From the NCBI GenBank assembly GCA_021299715.1, contig JAJTEL010000005.1:42955-106954 (forward strand): 64,000 nt of DNA, in the 5' to 3' direction. The position numbers and the translations under genes were made by a program. How positions within the stretch are numbered: the stretch's first letter is position 1; every line of letters starts with the position of its first letter. The notes beneath the pieces were generated by a model that ran no database searches, was not told the DNA's origin, and saw nothing but the letters and a program-made list of their open reading frames with translations. This DNA comes from Ilumatobacteraceae bacterium. GTDB lineage: Bacteria; Actinomycetota; Acidimicrobiia; Acidimicrobiales; Ilumatobacteraceae. Shown here in pieces: positions 8,612-16,941 of this stretch.

Positions 8612-10137
8612 ACAACCCACAAAACGTCGTTGTTCTTTTGTTGGACAGTTTGAATCGACATGAAATTGGGGCGTATGGCGGAACCAACTTCATTACGCCA
8701 AATATCGATCGACTCGCCGCACGCTCTGTTCGCTTCACAAACCATCACACCGGGTCACTACCGTGTATTCCAGCGCGACACGACATTCTGGTTGGTGCAT
8801 GGGATTTCTTATGGAGGCCGTGGGGTTCCATTGAGTTGTGGGAAGAACCCATCACTGCGTCACTTCGCAAACAAGGTGTTGTTACTCAACTCATCACTGA
8901 TCATCCGCATTTGTTTGAAGCAGGTGGTGAGAACTACCACGGCGATTTCACTGCGTGGGAATACGAACGTGGTCACGAAAGTGATCCGTGGAAGACACGC
9001 CCAGACCCATCGTGGTTAGGAACACCATCGTTTGGTCGCGGACATACGCACTACGACAATTCGCGTGGCTACTTCCGCGGAGAAGAAGATTTTCCTGGCC
9101 CACGCACCATGCAGGCAACTGCGCGTTGGCTTCGTGACGATGCACCACATCACCGTGCAAAAGGTGAACGTTTCTTTGTGTTTGTGGACGAATTCGATCC
9201 GCATGAGCCGTTCGATACTCCTGAGAACTGGGCCAACATGTACGACGATGCATGGGAAGGTCCGCATTTGGTCTGGCCGCCGTATGCAATTGATGCGTTG
9301 AAAGAAGGAATTCTGACTGAACGTGACGCACAACAAGTACGTGCGCAATACGGCGGCAAGTTATCCATGATTGACCATTGGTTGGGTCGTGTTCTTGATG
9401 CGTTGGACGAAACTGATGGCTGGAAAGACACCGCTGTCATTTTGTGTACCGATCACGGGCATTACTTGGGTGACAAAGATGCGTACGACCGCGATGTGTG
9501 GGGAAAGCCTGGTGTGCCGGTGTACAAACCACTTGGCCACATTCCTATGTTGGTTGCGTGGCCCGGGGTTACTCCTGGAACTCACGATGCACTCACGACG
9601 TCTACCGACATTCACGCAACTATCGCAGATGTCTTCGGTGCGAATATTTCGCACACTGCACACGGTTCATCATTAGTTCCGTTACTGACGGGTGAATCAA
9701 CGTCTGTACGAGATTGGTTGTTAACGGGTGTGTGGGGTAGGGAAGTTCAATTAGTCACCGACACGTGGCGATACACACGCGGGCCGCAAGGCAAGAATTA
9801 TCCGCATTCCATGTGGTCGAACCGGTGGAGCACAATGCCCATCGCTGCGTATCCCAACTACAAGATGCCTATGCCAGATGGTCGTGCAGTATTGGACTAC
9901 ATGCCGGGCAGCACTGTTCCTGTTATTCGTCAACCCTTTGTAGAAGGCGACATGTTGCCGTTCTGGGCAAGTGCGAAACAATATGAAACGTTGCTCTTTG
10001 ACCGTTACGAAGACCCCGCAGAGTCGGTGAATCGCATTAACGATTCCATGGCGAAGGAAGCCGAAGAACTGTTGCGCGTTGCATTAACAGAGATTGATGC
10101 GCCTGCAGAACAGTTTGAACGACTAGCGCTTACCTAA
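8608..10137 (+). CDS. Sulfatase (Cys-type, formylglycine-dependent family), no signal peptide
   Basis: 509 aa with sulfatase signature C-x-P-x-R in SLPCIPARHDILVG. N-terminal metal-ligand segment VVVLLLDSLNRHE and CTDHGHYLG block. Confidence 0.9.
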   Translation: MNNPQNVVVLLLDSLNRHEIGAYGGTNFITPNIDRLAARSVRFTNHHTGSLPCIPARHDILVGAWDFLWRPWGSIELWEEPITASLRKQGVVTQLITDHPHLFEAGGENYHGDFTAWEYERGHESDPWKTRPDPSWLGTPSFGRGHTHYDNSRGYFRGEEDFPGPRTMQATARWLRDDAPHHRAKGERFFVFVDEFDPHEPFDTPENWANMYDDAWEGPHLVWPPYAIDALKEGILTERDAQQVRAQYGGKLSMIDHWLGRVLDALDETDGWKDTAVILCTDHGHYLGDKDAYDRDVWGKPGVPVYKPLGHIPMLVAWPGVTPGTHDALTTSTDIHATIADVFGANISHTAHGSSLVPLLTGESTSVRDWLLTGVWGREVQLVTDTWRYTRGPQGKNYPHSMWSNRWSTMPIAAYPNYKMPMPDGRAVLDYMPGSTVPVIRQPFVEGDMLPFWASAKQYETLLFDRYEDPAESVNRINDSMAKEAEELLRVALTEIDAPAEQFERLALT

Positions 10138-10298
10138 TCGTCGCCGTATGGGCAGTGTCTGCATTCGTTCTTGCAGCAGTAGCCACGACGCGTGAGATAC
10201 AAAGAGGTCATCACCATCAGCCCCGTATGTGGGTCTGTGTAGAAATCCGACCCAGCAGCAACGGCACGATCGTGCGCGGCTTGTGCTTCGGGGGTCAT
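10134..10298 (-). CDS. DUF5522-like small Cys-rich protein
   Basis: C-terminal motif RRGYCCKNECRHCPYG. Start taken at ATG 10298 (MTPEAQ), just downstream of the permease stop at 10303. Confidence 0.6.
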   Translation of the reverse strand: MTPEAQAAHDRAVAAGSDFYTDPHTGLMVMTSLYLTRRGYCCKNECRHCPYGDD

Positions 10299-10302
10299 CT
10301 CT

Positions 10303-11742
10303 TCATTGTGCCGTATGAGTAGCTGAAAATCGTTGTCCGATGAGGTGAAGAGTTGTTCCGGATGCGAGCAGTGCAAGCGCCACCAAAACTGGTTGAAGTT
10401 CTATCTGTGCTGACATGGCAAGGGTTGAGACAATGCCAAGAATGGGCAAGAGAGGAACGTTGCGGATAGTGCCAGAAATTTTGAATGGTCGTGACGCGGT
10501 CGGACGTTGTATACGCAGCACAATCACCACCACATTCACCACCAAGAACATGACGTACACCAATGCATTTGCCGCTTCTGCAAGAAGCGACAACCCGCCC
10601 ACCATTGCAAGAATGGCAGAACCACCAATCACTGTTGCGGTGGCAAGACGGGGAGAACTACGTTCATGAACTACTGCCCACCTGCCGGGAAGTTGACCAG
10701 TGTTTCCCATGCTGTAGATCATTCGAGATGCAGCAGTGCTCGCGAGCAACGTGGTGTTTGCCGTGGTGGCCAAAGCAATAACGCCAATCACGCGCGCAGC
10801 AGATGAACCCACAGCATCACGCATCACCGCTGTGAGCGGTTGGTCGGAAGAAGCGAGCGTTGAGGAACCCAAGACGCTGATCGCAACGATTGCAACAAGC
10901 ACATACAGCAGAGTTGAAATCACCAGAGCCAACATAAGCGCGCGTGGAACTGTGCGGTGCGGGTCTTTTGTTTCTTCGGCCAACGTGATGACTTCATCGA
11001 AACCGATGTATGCGAAGAAGATGACCGATGCTCCACTCAGCACGCCCGACACACCGTTACCCGATGTCAGGCTGACATCGCCAACGTGATGAGCACCGAC
11101 AGCAACAATGAGCAAAAGCCCACCTACTTGAACAGTGCTGAGCACCAGCACTAACCACTTTGCTTGTCGCATTCCACTGAAGGCCACAGTTGCAACTGCT
11201 GCAAAAAGAATGAGCGCACCAAGTCGCTCATCGAGCGAGACAAACTCTGACAAGTATTCTCCAAAGCCCAACGCAACAGCAGCTGATGCAACAACAAGTG
11301 CTACTGCCATTGACCAACCAGTGGTGAACGCCACCCAATCGGGGAAGACTTGTCGCGCGAATTCATGTTCGGATCCCGCCTTTGGGAACATGCTGGTGAG
11401 TTCCATATAACTGAATGCAGTCAAAGCGCATAGCGCTGATGCGGTGAGCAGCGATAGCCAAACAAGACCGCCTGCTCGCTCTGTTGCGGGGCCAATCAAG
11501 ATGTAGATGCCCGCACCAATGATGACGCCCACGCCACTTGCAGTGACATGAGAGAGACCAAGAACTCGATCAAATGTGTCGGTGGAATGATGTGACGGCG
11601 CTATGACATCACCATATAAATGGTGGGCGCGTGTTGTGAAGGACGAACGTACTGCTATTTCAGTTCGTTCGGCCCGACAACACCGTCGCTGTTGGCATCT
11701 GTTCCGGGAAGTGAAGATTGATTCGGTTCTAACGCCAGCCAA
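10303..11742 (-). CDS. APC-family amino acid permease (start uncertain)
   Basis: About 12 hydrophobic segments and an N-terminal APC signature LGLSHVTASGVGVIIGAGIYILIG. The only in-frame ATG/GTG/TTG upstream of TM1 is TTG at 11742, which overlaps the upstream gene by 88 nt. Confidence 0.8.
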   Translation of the reverse strand: MAGVRTESIFTSRNRCQQRRCCRAERTEIAVRSSFTTRAHHLYGDVIAPSHHSTDTFDRVLGLSHVTASGVGVIIGAGIYILIGPATERAGGLVWLSLLTASALCALTAFSYMELTSMFPKAGSEHEFARQVFPDWVAFTTGWSMAVALVVASAAVALGFGEYLSEFVSLDERLGALILFAAVATVAFSGMRQAKWLVLVLSTVQVGGLLLIVAVGAHHVGDVSLTSGNGVSGVLSGASVIFFAYIGFDEVITLAEETKDPHRTVPRALMLALVISTLLYVLVAIVAISVLGSSTLASSDQPLTAVMRDAVGSSAARVIGVIALATTANTTLLASTAASRMIYSMGNTGQLPGRWAVVHERSSPRLATATVIGGSAILAMVGGLSLLAEAANALVYVMFLVVNVVVIVLRIQRPTASRPFKISGTIRNVPLLPILGIVSTLAMSAQIELQPVLVALALLASGTTLHLIGQRFSATHTAQ

Positions 11743-12488
11743 GTTGCTTGGTCAATCATTCCGGTCTGTTGCAGTTGTGCTGTTCCCTGGAAGTCGTACA
11801 CGGCCTTTGCCATGCTTGGGCCGAAGTACCCGTCAACATTGGTGTTGTATCCGGCCTTCTTTAATCGTTCTTGCATGAGTCGAACAGCACGACCTTGATC
11901 ACACTTCTCAACAGGAAAACCCACGGCGTCGTAGTACCCGGTGCAGGCACCATTCATTTGCGCGATGATGTCAGCCTTTGATGGTGTGCATCCAGTTTCC
12001 GCTGTGTGTTTCAACAATGTGTTAGCGGGCCAGATGAGACACGCAACATCGCTTGGTGGAAGTTGCGCCAACGTGGCAGCACCAACATTGGGGATGTAGC
12101 AACTCATGGCGTAACGAGTAAGAGGAAGAGTTCGTTGACACGACGCTGTGTTGACCCAGGTGTTGTTCTCTAAATGAAATAGGCGAGTATGGGCACATCC
12201 TGCGTCGGGGCAATTCCACGAATCACGGTCGGTGTCACCGAATGCCCATGTGGCGGTGCATCTTTCTAGCTTTACTTTTTCTCCGTACGACGCACTCACG
12301 GCTTTTGAATTACACGTGATGGCTAGCTCGCCTGATGCCGGATTCAGAAGTGGAGCACTAGTGGTGGCGGTGACAGCGGTTGTGGTTGTAGCAAGAACGA
12401 GTGGAGGCGTGGTTTGAGTGTTTGCCGACGTTGTGGAGCATGCACCCAAGAGTGCAATGACGACCACGAGTCCAGCAAGGCGTTTCAC
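11655..12488 (-). CDS. Lipoprotein with peptidoglycan-binding domain and C-terminal EF-hand-like loop
   Basis: Lipobox ALLGAC after GTG 12488 (alternative ATG at 12602). PG_binding_1-like segment LKKAGYNTNVDGYFGPSMAKAVYDFQ. The last residues, DANSDGVVGPNE, fit a 12-residue EF-hand loop. Confidence 0.7.
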   Translation of the reverse strand: MKRLAGLVVVIALLGACSTTSANTQTTPPLVLATTTTAVTATTSAPLLNPASGELAITCNSKAVSASYGEKVKLERCTATWAFGDTDRDSWNCPDAGCAHTRLFHLENNTWVNTASCQRTLPLTRYAMSCYIPNVGAATLAQLPPSDVACLIWPANTLLKHTAETGCTPSKADIIAQMNGACTGYYDAVGFPVEKCDQGRAVRLMQERLKKAGYNTNVDGYFGPSMAKAVYDFQGTAQLQQTGMIDQATWLALEPNQSSLPGTDANSDGVVGPNELK

Positions 12489-12613
12489 GCTATGGAAACT
12501 AACGGGTCTCCTTGAGAGGTCGATAGGCAAGTGTGGAGAGTTCTGCCCTTGCCAATTCAGAGCCTTGGTCTTCGACACACTCAGAACCCATCGAACAGTC
12601 ATAGAATGTTCAT

Positions 12614-14196
12614 ATGAAATGGCACAAAACCTGGGCGGTTGTGATGACCGCAGCCCTCATGGTGGTGCCTGTGTGGGTGACATCACGATCTGCTGGTGCC
12701 GCCCCACCTTCTGGAACCACATTGAATGATCTTGTGGCGTATTGGTCCTTCGATAACTCGGCGTCATTTGAGACTCCAGACCGCGGTGGGTCGGTACTCA
12801 CCAAAGGCAATGGTGCCTCGTGGTCTGCCAATGGAAAGTTCGGAGGCGCACTGTCATTGAATGGCAGCAGCCAGTCGTTGTATGACACCTCTTCGCCGTC
12901 GTACTTGCCAGTTGGAAACTCCTCGTACACACAATCTGTGTGGTTTAAGCCAAATGTGGTGTCTGGTGGCGGTGGTCTTGTCGGGTGGGGGAATTATGGA
13001 TCATCGCGCAGAACTAACGCCTTGCGCTATACGAAAACTCAGGTGGTTTTCGCCACTATTGGTGGGGTGCCGACCTTGACTGCACTGGCGCTCAGTGTCC
13101 AATTTCGACAGGTACCTGGTACCACGTAGCGAGCACATGGGATGGAACGACGCGAAAACTGTTTGTGAATGGAGTGTTGAAGAGGTCGGACACGCCCGGT
13201 GCAAATAACGCAACAGCAGCAAATTTTCATATTGGTAAGACATGTTGCAGCGAGTATTTCAATGGCCTTATGGATGATGTGGCGTTGTACAACCGAGCAT
13301 TGACTGCTGATGAAGTGGGCGAGTTGGCATCTGCAACAACCACCACAACGACGACCACCACTACAACTACGACCACTACGACTACCACTACAACGACTAC
13401 GACCACTACAACGACGACAACCGTGCCTGCAGTGACTACTACAGCACCACCTGCACTCGACATTGTTGTGGTTGCGCCGTCAACATCTGTTGTCGCGGTG
13501 ACAACTGTTCCTGTTGGTCAATCACAAATCCCGGTGGTGTCCACGCCAGTAATTACTGCTGCGCCAAAGGTGTCGGTTGCTGCCACCACAACCACTGCAG
13601 CGCCAACGACAACTACAACGGTGAAGCCGTCAGACACTGTTGCGCCCAAAGCACCGTCTGCTCCGTCCGTCATTAGTGGTGCAGCGGCTCTAAAAGTTGG
13701 AGATAAAACTGAAACCGCAACTGTGGAACGTGCTGATAACCAGTTGGTTGTGTCTGCTGGTGCGTTGAAAGCAGTTGTTGGTGGGTTGAACCCAGATGGT
13801 TCACAGATGGCGCTTGATGATGATGGAAACGTGCGGTTGAAAACGGGGGACGCTGTGCGAATCAAGCTCGCTGGTTTTAAACCAAGCACTGTGATGGAAG
13901 CGTGGTTGTTTTCCACGCCGGTGTTGTTGGGAACAACAAAAGTAGGTGCCGATGGGTCTGTTACCGGAACATTCACAATTCCAAAGAACGCACCAGAAGG
14001 TGCGCATCGAGTTGTGATTGTTGCTCAAACCACAGATGGCAAGCCTGCGACGCTAACGGTGGGCATCAATGTGGGTGAGTGGGACTCCGGGCCTGGTGTT
14101 GCACTCTGGCTGATTGTGTTGCCCATTGCGTTTGCTGTTGTGGGCGCCTTGGTACTGCCAGCGCAACGCCGTCGCCGTGCAATAACAACGGCGTAA
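12614..14196 (+). pseudogene. Surface LamG (Laminin_G_3) domain protein with poly-Thr linker and C-terminal TM anchor, interrupted by a frameshift
   Basis: Frame 2 (12614-13129) encodes the signal peptide and the first half of a LamG domain, ending ...NALRY. Frame 1 (open from 13018) continues FRHYWWGADL...GTWYHVASTWDGTTRKLFVNGV...YFNGLMDDVALYNRALTADEV. The shift must lie in 13028-13047, which contains an A4 run at 13034-13037. Confidence 0.8.
13336..13422 (+). repeat. Run of 29 consecutive Thr codons (poly-Thr linker)
   Basis: Counted directly: ACA x6, ACC x8, ACG x8, ACT x7, with no interruption. Confidence 0.95.
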
Positions 14197-14283
14197 GTTT
14201 CGTTGAAGTCATCTGACATTGCGTAAACATAACGCACGGACTGGCGACGACGAACTTTACAAACGTCGTAGCCTCGCAACAAC

Positions 14284-14307
14284 CCCAAGATGAGAATCGA
14301 ACTCACG
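14284..14307 (-). repeat. Orphan copy of the tRNA-Thr T-arm/acceptor 3' segment (att-like direct repeat)
   Basis: cccaagatgagaatcgaactcacg is identical to 16794-16817 inside the tRNA-Thr gene and in the same orientation. Flanking sequence cannot be folded into a tRNA: no matching 5' acceptor, D arm or anticodon arm. Confidence 0.85.
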
Positions 14308-14436
14308 GCTGCGGAATCACCAGTGCATGTGACTGACACACCGTTGTGAAAGGAGATGCACATTTTCCTGTCAAGTTTGTTCGGCTGAAAGTCGTGCACA
14401 ACTGAAAACCTGTGTAAAGCAAACTATTCTCGGCTA

Positions 14437-16776
14437 ATGACCGAAAGTCGTAGTTCGAACACACCGACCGCCTTCACAGCTTCATGGATTGAGCCTGTTG
14501 AATCAGTGGATTCACCGGCGATACATCGTCCTGCATATCACCTCGCACGCGAGTTTGTCGTACCTTCGAATATCGTTTCGGCTCGGCTGCGGGCGACGGC
14601 ACATGGAGTTTATGAAGCGTTTATCAATGGAACGCGGGTTGGCGACATTGAACTAACTCCTGGGTTTACCGCGTACCGCAAGCGCCTTCAAGTGCATGCG
14701 TTTGATGTGACTGATCTGCTGCATGTTGGGAACAATGCAATAGGTGCAATTCTGAGTGACGGATGGTGGCGGGGTCAACACGGAGTGATCAGAGAGATTG
14801 ACGCGTATGGGCCCGACGTTTCTTTTCTTGCGGAGCTAAGTATTGAGCTAGCAGATGGCCAACGAATCAGCATTTGTACAAACGATGAGTGGTGCTCTAC
14901 ACCCAGCCACATTCTTGCCGCAGATCTCATTGCGGGTGAAACGCACGATTTACGTAGAAGAGTTCATGGTTGGTGTGATGCAGGAACGAATCGTACATCT
15001 TGGAACAAAGTCACTGTTGCTGATTATTCGACGGACAACTTGTGTGAGGTACTTGGTCCGCCAGTGCGACGGATAGAAGAACTGTCACCAGTTTCAATTA
15101 CTCAAATTGCACCGCTACGACATGTGGTTGATTTTGGACAGAACAGCAATGGTTGGGTGAGATTGTCTGGACTCGGACCCGAGGGTAACGAAGTCACGTT
15201 GAAATATGGAGAATGGACAAACTCCGCAGGAGAAGTAACGCAGTCGAATGTTGCTGATGCAGCATTTTCGGAGCCCCGCGATGTTCCCTTCCAAACGGAT
15301 CGTGTTTATTCGGCAGGTGACAACACAGTGTTCGAACCACGGCATAGCACTAAAGGTTTTCGTTTTGTGGAAGTGGACGGAATTGATGGTGTTCTTGATC
15401 CTGCATCAATAGTCAGTGTCGTAGTCCACACTGATCTTCAACGAGTAGGAGATTTCGAATGTTCCGACGAGCGCATTAATCAACTTCATCGTGCGGCCGA
15501 TTGGAGTTTTCGCGGCAATGCTTGCGAGATTCCTACTGACTGTCCAACAAGGGAACGATCCGGATGGACGGGCGATTGGCAGATTTATGTGGAGACGGCT
15601 TCCTATCTGTACGACGTTTTTGATTGGTCAGCAAAGTGGATGCGAGATCTTGCAGCAGATCAATTTCCCGATGGCAAAGTAACAAGCATTGTCCCTGACC
15701 CATCTCCCGGAGCGCCAGTGTGGCGAGGAAGTCACGGTTCTTCTGGATGGGGTGATGCCGCAGTACATGTTCCGTGGGAGTTATACCGAGCCACTGCTCG
15801 AACCGACATGCTTGCTGTGCAATTCGAGTCAATGACTCAATGGGTTGAATTCGCAGCACGTAGAGCCGAGGGTCGGCGTCATCCATTACGAGAAGCGCAA
15901 CGACCGAATCCGCTACCTCATGAACGATTCTTATGGGATAGCGGTTGGCATTACGGCGAGTGGTTAGAGCCAGGAGCCGACATTGAAACGGATGTTGCAA
16001 GTCTTGGTAATCAGGATCATGGCGCAGTGGCAACTGCGTATTTGTATCGCTCAGCAGATCAACTTGCGCACATCAGCAGCATTCTTGGGAAGGTTGACGA
16101 AGCCCAACAGTATTCAGAATTAGCCGCAAATGTTCTCGATGCATGGCGTACTGAATTCATTGATGACGAGGGTGCTTTGACACCGCGTACTCAGGCGAAT
16201 TTATGTCGTGCACTTGCATTTGGGCTTGTTCCAGATTCGCTACGTCAGCAAACAGCCGATGACCTTGTTCGATTGATTGAAGAGGCAGACATGCATCTTG
16301 GAACAGGATTTCTTGCAACTCCGATGCTTCTTCCTGTGCTTGCCGATCATGGTCACTTAGACACCGCATATTCTCTGCTTTTTCAGGACACAGAACCGTC
16401 GTGGATGTACATGACACATCAATATTCAACAATTTGGGAAGACTGGGACGGAATAGTCGGCGATAAGGCGACTCATAGTTTGAATCACTACAGCAAGGGC
16501 GCAGTGATTTCTTTTCTTCATCAATATGTTGCTGGTCTGAGAATAGAAGAGCCCGGATATCGCCGCGTTCGGGTGGCACCACGACCTGGTGCTGGTGTTT
16601 CATGGGCTCGCACGCACCATGATTCACCCAACGGACGTATTGGTGTGGAGTGGTCACTTGCGAATGGTGTAGGCACTATCACGTGTGACGTTCCGAATGG
16701 AACTGAATGTGAACTAGAGCTTCCGAATGGAAATATCTACGCATTGTCTGCGGGTACTCATATTCACACGTGGTGA
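14437..16776 (+). CDS. alpha-L-rhamnosidase (GH78 family), no signal peptide
   Basis: 779 aa. N-terminal GH78 hallmark ATAHGVYEAFINGTRVGDIELTPGFTAYRKRLQVHAFDVTDLLHVGNNAIGAILSDGWW. Central catalytic-region motifs (CPTRERSGWTGD). Confidence 0.85.
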   Translation: MTESRSSNTPTAFTASWIEPVESVDSPAIHRPAYHLAREFVVPSNIVSARLRATAHGVYEAFINGTRVGDIELTPGFTAYRKRLQVHAFDVTDLLHVGNNAIGAILSDGWWRGQHGVIREIDAYGPDVSFLAELSIELADGQRISICTNDEWCSTPSHILAADLIAGETHDLRRRVHGWCDAGTNRTSWNKVTVADYSTDNLCEVLGPPVRRIEELSPVSITQIAPLRHVVDFGQNSNGWVRLSGLGPEGNEVTLKYGEWTNSAGEVTQSNVADAAFSEPRDVPFQTDRVYSAGDNTVFEPRHSTKGFRFVEVDGIDGVLDPASIVSVVVHTDLQRVGDFECSDERINQLHRAADWSFRGNACEIPTDCPTRERSGWTGDWQIYVETASYLYDVFDWSAKWMRDLAADQFPDGKVTSIVPDPSPGAPVWRGSHGSSGWGDAAVHVPWELYRATARTDMLAVQFESMTQWVEFAARRAEGRRHPLREAQRPNPLPHERFLWDSGWHYGEWLEPGADIETDVASLGNQDHGAVATAYLYRSADQLAHISSILGKVDEAQQYSELAANVLDAWRTEFIDDEGALTPRTQANLCRALAFGLVPDSLRQQTADDLVRLIEEADMHLGTGFLATPMLLPVLADHGHLDTAYSLLFQDTEPSWMYMTHQYSTIWEDWDGIVGDKATHSLNHYSKGAVISFLHQYVAGLRIEEPGYRRVRVAPRPGAGVSWARTHHDSPNGRIGVEWSLANGVGTITCDVPNGTECELELPNGNIYALSAGTHIHTW

Positions 16777-16788
16777 TTGACCAGCTAA

Positions 16789-16864
16789 TGGAGCCCAAGA
16801 TGAGAATCGAACTCACGACCTACGCATTACGAGTGCGTTGCTCTACCGACTGAGCTACCTGGGC
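16789..16864 (-). tRNA. tRNA-Thr (anticodon CGU), CCA encoded
   Basis: The reverse complement folds as a cloverleaf. Acceptor GCCCAGG/CTTGGGC, D arm GCTC-AGTCGGTA-GAGC, anticodon arm ACGCA-CTCGTAA-TGCGT, T arm GTGAG-TTCGATT-CTCAT, discriminator T plus CCA. Confidence 0.95.
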
Positions 16865-16941
16865 GGGTAGGGGCTTAACTTTACCGACCTCAACTTTGAA
16901 CGCCGTCGTGGACCTTCAAAAATTGGGCAAACTCAATTAAC

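Noticed and set aside
12489-12613. Possible cyclic-di-AMP (ydaO-type) riboswitch upstream of the peptidoglycan-binding lipoprotein gene
   Set aside because: The region is about 125 nt at most and lacks the conserved ydaO core sequences that I remember. There is no convincing pseudo-symmetric fold.
13336-13422. Repetitive tracts (also 20500-20625 and 44163-44288) considered as CRISPR or other non-coding arrays
   Set aside because: All lie inside ORFs and translate to poly-Thr, Lys/Ala or Thr-rich linkers. There is no repeat-spacer periodicity and no cas genes.
14281-14360. Possibility that the tRNA-like 24-mer belongs to a second complete tRNA gene
   Set aside because: I tried to fold the reverse complement. 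There is no 5' acceptor strand complementary to CTTGGGG, no D arm and no 5-bp anticodon stem, so only the T arm and 3' acceptor segment are present.
14025-14399. 124-aa minus-strand ORF spanning the LamG gene end and the tRNA-fragment region; checked as a possible integrase remnant
   Set aside because: It has no integrase or recombinase motifs. It overlaps the LamG C-terminal TM-anchor coding region and contains the orphan tRNA fragment, so it is most likely spurious.
15533-16657. Two 166-aa minus-strand ORFs inside the rhamnosidase gene
   Set aside because: They are antisense to a well-supported 779-aa GH78 ORF and have no motifs. The lower GC of this gene makes chance open frames more likely.
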